Below are positions 1 through 12,469 of a stretch of 64,000 nt of DNA, piece after piece. A program made the position numbers and the translations under genes. The notes under the pieces are model-generated. The model was given only the letters and a program-made list of their open reading frames with translations, was not told where the DNA came from and ran no database searches. The stretch's first letter is position 1. The number at the start of each line of letters is the position of its first letter. Origin of the DNA: Eledone cirrhosa (taxonomy: Eukaryota); NCBI GenBank assembly GCA_964016885.1, contig OZ024745.1, forward strand, positions 76,384,001 through 76,448,000. The letters run 5' to 3'.

Positions 1-1231
1 GCGGAATTACCTTTAATAAATAGTTTCCACACAGACAAAATATACATGAAACAAAATGTACAGGAGCTATGGGAGAGATAGCGCACCCCTGTTAGGCGTG
101 TTATTTAAAACGCCTCCAATAGGTTGTCATTCAGACTGACAACCAAATAGATGCTGTTTTACAAAGAAGTAATCCACCTTCTAAAAACGGGACCGAAACT
201 TTACGCACTTAGGTCATATACCAGGTAACTGTGGTCGATCGTATCGAAAATAAGTCAGACTTATTGGCAATCTTCTCTGCGGTATATCGGATGATTTGCA
301 GTTTGTCTTTAACAGATCTGTCGGGAAATGGACGAGTCTATAAATACCTATGGCAAGCACCAGCATGTTTGTGATAACAGTATAGTATAATTTAGAAGAT
401 TGAAGCAATGTTATAACATTTGACTTCTAAGTGGTTTATAAGAAAATGTAGTAAAATAACTAACGATTGCAGTGTAGTGTAGATTAGTGCAGCGTATGAA
501 AGCAGACAACTGTGTGGATTTTTAATATATTTGTGTTGACGTGATTAGTTCGAATATTTTCGAACTTCAGGGTCAATGCCCGTTCTTAACTGAATTGCTC
601 AACTCGCTATTTCTATATACATTACTATTAATTATTCCTTATTTCATAAGAAACTGTTCATACACAGTCGTGCTGCGAGATGGCTGAAACATTTTCCATT
701 CTGCAGTAACTAATATTGCTCATATACCGTTAAAATTGTCCATTTATAATATAAATATCGTCGTTGTCGTTTCAAAATCATTCTGTCATTGATTATATAA
801 TTGTTATTGTTGCTGTCGTTTAGGAGTTTTTTTTTCTCTCAGAACCAACATAACTAAGGGGTCATAGCTTCGTTCACTAATTTATTAAACAAATAAAATA
901 AATTAATAATATCACACAATGTTATTTAGAAGGAAAGAAAATGAAACCAATAAATATAATAAATATATTAAATTTGGAAATAGAAAAATACACTTCAGAC
1001 GGAATTCATTGATTGAAATAAATTACTGTACGATTTCCGCTCTGCATAGTTATGGTAGAATATTAAAAACAAACAGAAACAGAACACACGAAAAAAAATA
1101 CAGACCAACAAAATAAGTATCAATGTCGTGATGATCATTGTAGAATTGTTACATTGATAGTAACTACTAGAAACAGTTGCCTTAATAAAATCCATCACAG
1201 AAACAGCAATGCAACATTAATAACATACATT

Positions 1232-1557
1232 GGGGACACTCGGTCGATTACGACGACAAATGTTCCAGTTGATCCGAGCAACGGAACAGCCTGCTCGTGA
1301 AATTAATGTGCAAGTGGCTGAGCATTCCATAGACATGCTTACCCTTTACGTAGTTCTCAGGGATATGTAGTGTGACACAGTGTGTGGCAAGGTTGGTCCT
1401 TAGAATTACAGGTACAACTCATTTTTGCCAGCTGAGTGGACTGGAGCAACGTGAAATAAAGTGGCTTGCTCAAGGACACAACGTGCCGCCGGGAATCGAG
1501 CTCACGACCTTACGATTGTGAGCTGAATACCCAAACCACAAAGCCACGTGCCTTCAC
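1232..1557 (-). mobile_element. tRNA-derived SINE (family B, ~325 bp; CORE-like middle)
   Basis: Minus strand starts GTGAAGGCACGTGGCTTTGTGG (A-box-like) ... GAGCTCGATTCCCG (B-box-like), then TGTGTCCTTGAGCAAGCCACTTTA, a CORE-type motif; resembles octopus SINEs from memory. Confidence 0.75.
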
Positions 1558-2072
1558 AAACATAAATTACAACTTTAATATCAAGGAATAACTTTTACAA
1601 TCGCAAATTATAAAAACAACTCAAAACAAACAAAACAAACATCACAGCTATAAAAACCACAAAAATACAATCCCTTCCACAAAAAACAAAAATAAAGGAA
1701 AATCAAAGAGTCTCAATAAAGTTATCCCAACAATAACCAACACAAACTGCAACATCGACCACGATGACAATTACGATACCAATGACGTCGATGATAAAAG
1801 CAAGGATAGTAGCAATGCAACTGTATAAATTGCTGTTGCATTTAAAAGCTATTTAACAGAATAACAACAACAACAGCTACAATCCAATAAATGAAAGTAA
1901 ATCATCTATCTAACGCTAAAAACATTAAATCAGAGCACCCATTCCACCAATGCTTTCTATTTTATTAATCTCTTTTTTGCTCAACTGTTAAAATAGATTC
2001 ACTGGTAACTTTGTTCAATATACTAGTGGGAAAAATTATGAGATCACTAGGTGTCAGATAATGATGATAATG

Positions 2073-2748
2073 ATTGTTTCTACTTTAGGCACAAGGCCAG
2101 CAATTAACCAGTGCATTACTGGTACTTTATTTTATCGATCCCGTAAGGATGAAAGGCAAAGTCAACCTCGGCGGGATTTGAACTAAGACCGAAAAGGGAC
2201 GTAACTATGCTGGAATAATGATGATAACAGTAATGGTTTCTACTTTAGGCACAAGACCAGACATTTTGGGGGAGAGGAAGTCGATTAAATCGACCCCACT
2301 GTCCGACGCTCTACCGGTACTGCCAATACACCGCCCTTGCCAATAATGATTTCTACTTTAGGCACAAGGCCAGCACTTTGAAGGGGAGGGGAAAGTTGAT
2401 TAAATCGACCCCAGTGCATTACTGGTGCTTTATTATCGACTCCCTAAGGATGAAAGGCGAAGCTAACCTCGGCGGGATTTGAACTCAGAATGTAAAGGAC
2501 CGTAAAGTAATAATTGTTTCTACTTTAGGCACAAGGCCAGCAATTACCCAGTGCATTACTGGTACTTTATTTTATCGATCCCGTAAGGATGAAAGGCAAA
2601 GTCAACCTCGGCGGGATTTGAACTCAGATCGTAAAGGGACGTAACTATGCTGGAAAGCATGGCGTCAAACCCTCTACCGATACTGCCAATCCAAAAGTAA
2701 TAATAATAATTATTATTTCTACTTTAGGCACAAGGCCAGCAATTTGAA
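2073..2748 (-). mobile_element. Cluster of ~5 full/partial copies of tRNA-derived SINE family A
   Basis: Repeated TTTCTACTTTAGGCACAAGGCCAGC...AAGGATGAAAGGCAAAGTCAACCTCGGCGGGATTTGAACTC; reverse complement has TGGCAGTATCGG A-box-like and GAGTTCAAATCC B-box; ATT-type tails. Confidence 0.85.
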
Positions 2749-3738
2749 GGTTTTACGACGTTAGGTTAAAACTGCAACATAGTTTTCGAACAAGCCTTGA
2801 ACGCGCCTTTTGTTATTCTACGCGAAGGACAATGTGATATGATTGCTTTTATTGCATCTGACTAGGTTGCAGGTTTTGGTGGTCTTATTTGCACCAGTCA
2901 CCAATTCGTAAATTTTCACAGACCCATAAAGACTAGGCTTTTTTTAGAGGCGGCTCTTATTCGCCTCGTCGTAACTATAACGCTGGGTTGTGAGAATTTC
3001 TTGAGAGTTAACAGCTACTCTATCTCCTTTAGTATCTTAATGCTGTTTGGTGCTGGATTACTTATTCATCCAGCAGGAGCCCACTTATATCGCAACTAAC
3101 CATCATACCTGGTGACCGTATCGCTATCTGCCACCTGCGACCTGTTCTCTAGCAGAAGAGCTCTGCTGAAAATTTGTTAGTTAAAAAAAAAAAATTTCTA
3201 AAGATTGCATGTTGTTGTCGAGTGAATGTTATATGTTCATCTAAATTCTGTGTAGAATTTATCTTTTTTTTCTCCTATTTCCATCATTTCCTGCTTTATG
3301 CTCAGCTACACCAGAGGTTCTTAAAGGGGGCGTTGAGAAGGTCCAGGGGGCTCTGGGCCTAAGGATTGGAGAAGCTGTATCATTCTGCCCATGCAAGTGA
3401 ACGCACCCGTTAAGTGTGAAAACTTATGTCACTTTTTTTTTCACTTAATATTTTACCGAGCGTCGGATTAATCCGAATTACAGATCGTGGAGATCTCAGA
3501 CTTATTCTTAGTACAATTCAGTCTGAGACTGAGAGGCTACTTTCACTTCACCAAACCCATCCTTCTCATTGAACCTCCTCCCTTAAAAACCTACCTGGAT
3601 GGGCTGTTTTAACGTCTCCAATAAACCTTGTAAATTTGTACATTATTTTATTGAGTAAGAATATATCTGCGTATGTAGAAAGGTCTGCTTTTTGGCGGTG
3701 AATTGGGGGACGCTATGAACTTATTATTTATAATATTA

Positions 3739-4973
3739 CTAGCAGAGGTACCCGGCGTTGCTCGGGTATTAAATACCAGTTATGTATACCATTTATGTCA
3801 ATACTTCAGTGCTACTTGGAAAACTATACTTTTACAAAATCATCGGCTTTTTCCAAAAGGGGGCTTCTGCCCCCCAGGGGTCCCCTACTCAATATGTGCC
3901 AATTCTGAGGGTTCACATTCATCTGTCGAACAAACGTAGCCCATGTGTCAAGTTTTGTGAAAATCGGTTGCGAACTCCAGAAGTTATAACGTTTTGTTGC
4001 ATTGCACTGCAGTGCTTCAGTCGACTCCAAGGAAGTGATTAAAGGGGGTTATCTGCCGGGAGGCCCTATAATCAATATCTGGAAAAATGAAAGTGCCCAT
4101 GATCTTCCGGAGTACATAAGTAACCTATGTCTTAAGTTTGGGGAAAATACTGTAGAAATGCATAAGGTTTACACACACAGACGTGCGCGTGTGTGTGTGT
4201 TTGTGTGTATATGTATGTGTATGTCCGTCGGCGCATACGTATGTACTGGCCTAAATCTTCACTATTTACTTTTACTATTTTAAGGCAAAGTTAAAATCCC
4301 GTCGAGGTTAACTTTGCCTTTCATCCTTACGGGGTCGATAAAATAAAGTACCAGTAATGTACTGGGTATTTTGATGGCCTTGTGCCAAAAGTAGAAACAA
4401 TTATTATTATTATAATTATTTTATATAACTATATATATAACTATTTTAATAACCTGTGTCATTTTCGTTTACAATTTTATTTACACCATTCGTTTATTTT
4501 AAATAGAATATTAGTCTAACGACTCCATTTACACCATAAACTTGGTCTTGTCTTTGCATGAAATTGTTCTTCTCGGTCCACATAACGACGTATTATCCTC
4601 GCTTTTTTTCCGTTCATTACCAGGGAACGTCTTCACGAACCAAAATATCGTCTTCCTGATTTCCTTCGGTTGCAACGTTTCTCGAAATATTTAATTCTGC
4701 GTCCACAGATAGAATTTATTAGTTTAAGAAGATCCCGTTAATGTTGAAAGCAGCGATTCTTTGCTTAAAATTTCTTTCTTTCTCAACCCCTCTGCATTTT
4801 TTCTCATACCCTCTCTCTCTCTCTCACTCATACCCCCTCTCTCTCACTCATACCTCCCTCTCTCTCTTCCTCCTACAGAATGGAGAACAATAAATAACGC
4901 GCAGATCTCTCTCTCTCTCTCTCTGTCTTTATATATATATGTGTTTGTGTGTGTGTGAACCAGCGTTCGTCGC

Positions 4974-5035
<62 letters not shown>

Positions 5036-5828
5036 TGTACCTCTCTCTGTATAACGACCTATCTCACTCTCTCTCTCTACATCTCCCTTTCTCTCTTTAG
5101 ATGTATATGTATATGTGTGTGTGTGATATATAGATATAGAGAGAGTTGCAACATGTATGTAGTTTCATAGATTTTTGAGGGTATAAACAGAGCATATAAA
5201 TACATTTACAGTAGAATAACATAACAAATATATTTTAAATATATACATAAACTACAATATTAAAGAAAATGCAAAGGAAGGGATGAAAAACGGAGCCAAC
5301 ACCAGAGCAAAAGTCAGCAACGTCGCGAGTACTGGGCAACCTCTCTAATTTTGAGGCAAGCCAGCACACTCGCAGCGTTGCCTCGGGTGATGTCGGGTGA
5401 TGGTGAGGCTGATGCGCTGAAATATTGTTTTAAAATACTTTTTAATGGAAATGAAGCAAAATGGAAGCTTAATGTTGAAACTTCGAACTCATGAATTTTG
5501 CAGGTTAACATTGCAAGATAACTGTTCGCGTATTTTTGTACGCGTACTTTATTCGTAACGTAAATAGATAAACAAATGACGCCATAAAAGGGAAATAACT
5601 TGTCTCTCATCTCTATTTATACATTTGAACTGAAAAATCAATACATTACAAATTCGATTTTTGCACTTGGCGTGGGTCGATTTGAAAAATGTTTTGACCG
5701 ATGTCTCCGCCGGACCTTCATCTATAAGTGTAGCAATTTCACCGAATTTTGAACGTACGGTTTAAGAGATGTGTGCAGACCGTTTTAGTAGACAGACAGA
5801 CAGACAACCTCAGTTTTATATATATAGA
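3739..5828 (-). mobile_element. Non-autonomous Helitron (possibly several nested pieces)
   Basis: Minus strand begins TCTATATATATAAAACTGAGG+(TGTC)n at 5828 and ends CCCGAGCAACGCCGGG hairpin + CTAG|T at 3739; 3739-4700 is an inverted homologue of 32500-33425; interrupted by a SINE piece at ~4283-4400. Confidence 0.7.
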
Positions 5829-6405
5829 CTAGCAGAAAACCACCCGAGGGCGGTTTTCTGCTAGTCTATATATCTAAAACAGAGAATGTCTGTCTGTCAG
5901 CTCACTAAAACTTGAGAACCATCCAACCGATTGTTTTCAAACTTTAGACATGTAATACTTATGGTCCTGTGAGTGTTTTGAGCAAAAATTATTTCAAATT
6001 TTCAATGCCCTAGGGACCGCATTAGGCAATTTAGCGTTCTCACTATATAACTCTTAGTCTTTCTTTTTAGATAGATACATTGCGCCCTTATAATATCTGT
6101 CTGTATGTCTGGCTGTCTGCATTACGTCATTATGACGCGCTCAGCGCGATTCCCTCGGCCTCAGTGACCAAAGTCAGTGGAGAGGGGAAGGTAATGTTTC
6201 TGTAGCACGTGTTTTAGCGTCTATTCACTCTCTCTCTCTCCCTCTCTCCCGCCCACTATCCCCCTCTCGTAGTCTGTCTCTTTCTTTCACTCTCACTCTC
6301 TCTCTACGCACGTGTTTCCACTGTCGGACAGACAGACAGAGAAATTGCTGGTTATATATATAAGTAGACTAGCAGAAAACCACCCGGTGGGTGGTTTTCT
6401 GCTAG
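5829..6405. mobile_element. Helitron-like unit with palindromic CTAG hairpin at both ends
   Basis: CTAGCAGAAAACCACCC-loop-GGG(C/T)GGTTTTCTGCTAG at 5829-5864 and 6369-6405; TC-start+(TGTC)n ends point inward from each hairpin. Confidence 0.65.
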
Positions 6406-6406
6406 T

Positions 6407-6501
6407 ATATATATATATATATATTACACATACAGAAATGTATATATATTTCTGTGTGTATATATATATATATTACACACACAGAAATGTATATATATTT
6501 C

Positions 6502-6544
<43 letters not shown>

Positions 6545-6570
6545 CACACACAGAAATGTATATATATTTC

Positions 6571-6617
<47 letters not shown>

Positions 6618-6715
6618 CACACACAGAAATGTATATATATTTCTGTGTGTATATATATATATTTCTGTGTGTGTATATATATATTACACACACACAGAAA
6701 TGTATATATGTTTCT
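6407..6715. repeat. Minisatellite of self-complementary units separated by (TA)n
   Basis: ~5 copies of TTACACACACAGAAAT-GTATATAT-ATTTCTGTGTGT. Confidence 0.9.
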
Positions 6716-7010
6716 GTAGCACTCCTCAATTCCCCTCTCTCTCCCTCCCGCTATCCCCCTCTTTCACTCTCACTCTCTCTCTATGCGTGCGCAAAAAACA
6801 TTCGCACGCGCGCACGTGTTTTAGCGTCTATTCACTCTCTCTCTCTCCCTCTCTCCCTCCTGCTATCCCCCTCTCGTAGTTTGTCTCTTTCATTCACTCT
6901 CACTCTCTCTCTACGCGTGCGCAAAAAACATTCGCACGCGCGCACGTGTTTCCACTGTCGGACAGACAGACAGACAAACAGAGAAATTGCTTGTTATATA
7001 TTATAAGGAG
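6710..7010 (-). mobile_element. 5' part of non-autonomous Helitron, paralogous to 6195-6368
   Basis: Minus strand starts TCTCCTTATAATATATAACAAGCAATTTCTCTG+(TCTG)n; internal duplication of CTACGCGTGCGCAAAAAACATTCGCACGCGCGCACGTG. Confidence 0.6.
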
Positions 7011-7424
7011 ATTATAGCATTGAATACATATGATATAATAGAATATTAAATATCAAATGATACATGTTATATAAATATAGTAAAATAAAAAATATATAAT
7101 ATTTATTTGTACATAGTATATATTATTTATTATATAATATTTATAATTTGCGTTTAGGCAGGTCTCTCTGGAAATGAGGGTGGGGCGGTGTCCCCAAAAG
7201 TTTAAGAACCTCTAAGCTATACCGTTAACTTGCTTTGTATGAAATGTTTCAACTAAAAAAAAAAAAAAAAATTAAATATCTAACAATAAAATATTGCACC
7301 GAAAACGAATTTCTCTCTTTCACTCCGTAGGTCAGCAATAATTGACTTAACGTTTACAGGAAAAGGAGGAGTTATAAAACCAGATGATGTTCTTATTATT
7401 TGAAGTCATGGTATTAGGATTGTA

Positions 7425-7600
7425 AGATCTCTCAATTCGAGGAAATAGCGGCTTTACCTGGAGTTATGCACTCTATCGAGTAACGTTACTCAAAAGACCC
7501 TTCGGAGAATTCCCATTTTGGCTGCTTGTATTCACAATCGTATTCTTTCGGTCATTACGTAAGATTAATGACCAAGGGTTGGCACGGATACCGAATTTAT
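7425..7600 (-). mobile_element. RTE-clade LINE fragment
   Basis: Homologous to 30668-30850 (shared CACTCTATCGAGTAACGTTACTC, TTTCGGTCATTAC). Confidence 0.6.
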
Positions 7601-7746
7601 CTATAATTACATTTAGGCTGACATATAAAAGCGGTATCATACTGAGGCTGCTTATCCTTAAGTCGAAATTTTAAACAGAACATAACAGAATTTGTAGAAT
7701 GTATGACAAATTTGCCTTGCAGTATTAGTTGCTTTTCTTTACGTTC

Positions 7747-7990
7747 TGAGAGAGAGCGGAGAGAGAGACTGGGGAGACAGAGAGAGGATGAGAACGAAAG
7801 AGAGAAAGTGAGCGAGATAAAAAGAGAGAAAATGTAAGATAGGGAAGAGAGAAAAAGAGAAAGAGAAAAAAGACTGAGTGAGAGAGAGAAAAAGAGAAAT
7901 ATAGGAGAGAAAGAGAGAGAAAGAGAGAGAAAGAGAGAGAAAGAGAAAGAAAGAGAGAGGAAGGGGAGACAGAGACAGAGAAAGAGACTA
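7747..7990. repeat. (GA)-rich low-complexity tract
   Basis: Imperfect GA/GAA purine run. Confidence 0.9.
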
Positions 7991-9394
7991 AAATACTACA
8001 AGCTAAAATAATAAAATACATAGTTTTGTAAAATTGGTTTCTGAATAGATTTAATATTTTTATACCAGCGAAAAGTTATCTGAAAGTTTGCACGCTAGGT
8101 TAACTGCAGTTGCTTACATTTATAGACATTACAAGATACAATATTATGTAAATGTAAGCAATTGCAGCCAACTTAACGTGCGATCCTTCAGATTAGTTAT
8201 ATACCAAATATAACAAATATCGAATCTATTCAAAAGTCAATTTTACAAAATTCTGCATCATGTTCTTTTAGCTTTTTTTTATAGTAATTTTAATTTATAT
8301 TTCTCTCTCTCCCTCTTTTATGTTTTTATTTTAATTTATCTTATTTCAATTTTTCTTGTTGTTATGTACTCATCTCACTTATAAGATACATTTGATATAA
8401 CTGTACATTTTGCAGTGTCTATTTTAAAAGCTGTTTCAAATATCACCACATATGTTTTTTTTCTCTATAAACAAATCAATAACTGCTTAAAAGCTTTTTC
8501 TCCATATTTGCTCTCTCTCTGTCTTCCTCGCTACCCATTACTTTCTCCCCTTCTTTAGAGATTACGAATGTCCTGATTCAAGTTTGAATGGTTTAACGAT
8601 AGATAATGTAAAGTTTATAATTATATTCCTTTTGCAAAGTGATATACAAGTGCAACGTTTAATCTAATAAAATGTAATAAGCTACCCGTGGTGAGGTTTT
8701 CTCAGATGACTGGCAAAACTAACAAACCTTATGGACTCTGGAAAATTCTCTTGTAAACAGCTATTTACGTTTTTGAGTTCGAATGTTCCTAATTTCCAAA
8801 ATGGCAAAAAAGGGTAGTTGTAACGTTCAAATGTTTCCAAAGAACTATAACATAATTATAAGGATTAACATTCCTGTTAGTTAGAGATCTTTGGTTAAGT
8901 TCAGGCCGAGAACGAAGTTGTAAATGTCTATGTAATGCCACTATAGTTAATATATGTTATGCGAATATAGTTAATATATGTTAATAATATTTATATAAAA
9001 TTATGAGGTAATCTAATAAACTTCCTACATCCTTTTTGTTCCCTTGGTAGTAATTATTTCTGTGACAGAAAATTATGTCTTCTCCGCAAATAATTTATAA
9101 TTTAATCGTTACTCAATTTACATGAATAACTCGCAGATCAAAAGAAAATACCTTGTTTATATTAACATCAAATAAAATATGATCTGCAGCAATTTGAGTT
9201 AAACTTAATTATTCCTTTATTATTATGTTTATTGGTAATAATTTACAAAATCTGATCGTTTCATGAACAATTATATTTGCCATTTGGCTTGATTATCAAA
9301 GTAATATTTTTAAGTATGTAAATTGCCTTAAAGCTGCATTATTTGTACTTTTAAGTGGACAATGGAGAAAAGGCTGATCGAGAAGCACTGAACA

Positions 9395-10022
9395 TGACAA
9401 AATACGGAAGAGTGGATTCCATACAGTAATAGAGCAGCTAAAACAGAGAATTCTTTTGAAAAGTAAGAATATAAGGAGATGTATAAATAGAAACAAACAG
9501 TTTGAGGAGAATAGATTGTTTCCAAATAATGCAAAACAATTCTTCCACACTTTGGAAGGAAACAATGGGAATGGAAAGGACGCTATCCTTAATATTGATA
9601 ATGCCAAGGAGTTCTGGAATGGGATATGGGAAAACAGTATAAGTCATAGAAAGGATGCCAAGTGGATTGACACCATCAAGGCAGAATTGCAAGGAGGAAA
9701 TATACAAAAAGATATTATCATAAGCACAGGTGATGTGAAGGATCAAGTAGCTATATACCAAATTGGAAAGACCCCGGACCAGGTGGGATCCGTGGATTTT
9801 GGTTGAAAAGATGCAATGCAGTACATAAAAGACTGACCACACAATTGAATGAATGTATCCAAAGAGATGCAGTCCGTACATGGGTGGTTACAGGGAGGAA
9901 AACGTTTGTGATAAAAGATAGATGTAAGGGGAATTTGATGGGGAAACTACCGCCCTATAGTATGCTTAAACATAATATGGAAGGTTCTCACTGGGATATT
10001 TGCGGGGAAGATATATGCTTTT
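9395..10022 (+). mobile_element. R4/Dong-clade non-LTR retrotransposon fragment (pre-RT and RT start), frameshifted
   Basis: Peptides IEQLKQRI..KNIRRC..QFEENRLF, KEFWNGIW, WK(T)PGP-like, WVVTGRK..IKD..KGN and NYRP-like motif are typical of this clade. Confidence 0.75.
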
Positions 10023-10326
10023 CTGTCACTATCTCCGAATTGGGAGATCACAGCTCCAATACGATGAGCATGTGGTTAGAATAGTTGGACAGATTTTACG
10101 GGCAAAACCAATCGGTAGAAGACCCAGGGGTAGACCCCGAGCAAGATGGTTGGATAACATCCATGATCTTGGCTTGTCCCGCTTGTGGATCCAGCCGGAT
10201 CAGTTGGAGACGGTTACTTCTGACAGGACCCGTTGGAAGGAGTGTTTGAGGACTCTGCCCCCACAACCTTCCCAGGAATAAGTGGGCGAAGAAGAAAAAG
10301 AAGAAGAAGAAGAAGAAGAAGAAGAA

Positions 10327-10362
<36 letters not shown>
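10023..10362 (+). mobile_element. RTE-clade LINE 3' end with (GAA)n/(GAC)n tail
   Basis: GRRPRGRPRARW...DRTRW C-terminus, stop at 10281, then simple-repeat tail. Confidence 0.8.
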
Positions 10363-11014
10363 AAGGTTTGTTCTCTCCGAACAACATTTATTTGAACTGA
10401 AAAACCGAAATGTTTAGAGAATGCCTCCATCTCCAAAACCCTACTGCATGCTCAGTGTAAATACTAAAAAAACTCGACTGATTTTCAACCACCTTAATTT
10501 GATGTATATACATCCGTTATATCTTTTCTTTCTGTCTCCTTTTCCACACTTACATATTACAATGAACTTTCTGTACTACTGTACCCCATACCAAAATACA
10601 TTTTACCATCTCTGTATTACATTCCACTACATAATACAATTCTTCTCTCATAGCATACAAACACTGACACGTAAATGATCTTGCTTTTCAAATTTACATC
10701 TTGGAGTTATTTTCCTTTGTTATCCTAAACGGACGGTAGTCCGTTTAATAACATTGTTGTGGTCGTGTTTTCGTTGGCAATCGTCTGTTTACGACAGTAC
10801 AGCGCGGCTCTACTTTATTTAACTGAGATAAAACGATAAAACTTATATGAGCATGAACAGTAGATCATTACGCATCTGTTGGCTTAAAAATCTAGAAATT
10901 TGGTCCAGCGGGAAAAAGTTTATAATCAAAGTTTGCTGATAAATCTTGTGTTCAAGTGAGTGAGTAGTAAGCGTGACGCTAGGGGAGGTAATCCAGAAAT
11001 GACGACGTTTGGAA

Positions 11015-11618
11015 TATGTATATTTGTGTACGTCGCCATATATGTATGTATGTATATGTGTATATGTATATTTGTGTATGTCGCAATATATGTATGTATG
11101 TGTGTATATGTATATTTGTGTACGTCGCCATATATGTATGTATGTGTGTATATGTATATTTGTGTATGTCGCAATATATGTATGTATGTGTGTATATGTA
11201 TATTTGTGTACGTCGCCATATATGTATGTATGTGTGTATATGTATATTTGTGTACGTCGCCATATATGTATGTATGTATGTGTGTGTATGTATATTTGTG
11301 TACGTCGCCATATATGTATGTATGTGTATATGTATATTTGTGTACGTCGCCATATATGTTTGTATGTATGTGTGTATATGTATATTTGTTTACGTCGCCA
11401 TATATGTATGTATGTATGTATGTGTATATGTATATTTGTGTACGTCGCCATATATGCAGTATGTATGTGTGTATATGTATATTTGTTTATGTCGCGATAT
11501 ATGTATGTATGTATGTGTGTATGTGTGTATATGTATATTTGTGTATGTCGCCATATATGTGTGTATGTATGTGTATATGTATATTTGTGTACGTCGCCAT
11601 ATATGTATGTATGTGTGT
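11015..11618. repeat. ~42-50 bp minisatellite, ~13-14 copies
   Basis: Unit TATGTATATTTGTGTACGTCGCCATATATGTATGTATGTGTG with variant ..GTATGTCGCAATA..; explains all ORFs at 10843-11679. Confidence 0.95.
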
Positions 11619-12469
11619 ATCGGGCTCACATAATTCTCTATGCGTGATTTGGCTCAGCTCAGCCAATCAGCGCCAGTAGAAGAGGATGTATCCCTACGCG
11701 TTCGGAGGGAGAAATAGCCCGCAAAGATTTGAGGACGCTATCACTTCCAGGCTAGACCGTGTTAAGGTAAACAACACTTGTTCTTTTGCTCCGTAAGCAC
11801 AAACAATATGTAACGACAAAACATTACCTACGTGCCTGACCAAACACCTTCAGCCAGTCGCCCGTATTTTCTCTTGTAATCTTAATTGAATTATTTCATT
11901 ATTCTTGGCATGCCAGCTTAATTCACTTCTAAACATTTTATTAATAAATAATGTAAAAACAAACTAAAATTCGTTGTCGATATTCCTAACCTGGTTCCTC
12001 GAGGCAACAACACAACAACTCTCTAAATATTCTTCTCCGCTAAATTCGAATTTATACCTAAACCAAATTGGTGACAATATATCTACACCAAATTTGTGAC
12101 CCTCGACGATTAAGTATGAAAACGCAGCCTATTTGAATTCGCTAGTCGTTTTAACGGAAATGTGGAGTGGCTTAACATTTGGAATATTCGAATCGGGTTT
12201 CTAGACTCGCTTAGCGTAAGTCCATAAAATTCATAATATTCCATTCGTTGAAGCACGCGACCTACACAATATTTCTGTTATAACTTTCATGGTAACACAA
12301 GTAACTCACGCATACAGACGAACACAAAAATACTACACAAAAGAAAGAGTTTTTTCGACGTCTAACAAAAAATTTCTCTTTTGGATTGAAAATTATTATT
12401 GCGAGCATAGTTTGATAAAAAAAAAAAAAGAATTAAAAAAAAAAAAAGAATTTCTCTGGATATAGAATT

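Noticed and set aside
1-520. Possible mariner-like terminal sequence at window start
   Set aside because: No TIR pair or transposase homology visible.
3111-3167. Possible short minus-strand exon (CTAAC..TTTTCAG / CAG|GTATGA)
   Set aside because: Under 20 codons, no recognisable product or partner exon.
8558-8760. Cys-containing peptide after a pyrimidine tract, vaguely sushi-like
   Set aside because: Needs several frameshifts; no convincing motif.
10843-11679. Overlapping 200+ aa ORFs in all six frames; superficially array-like repeat
   Set aside because: Translation of a minisatellite with no unique spacers; not CRISPR and not coding.
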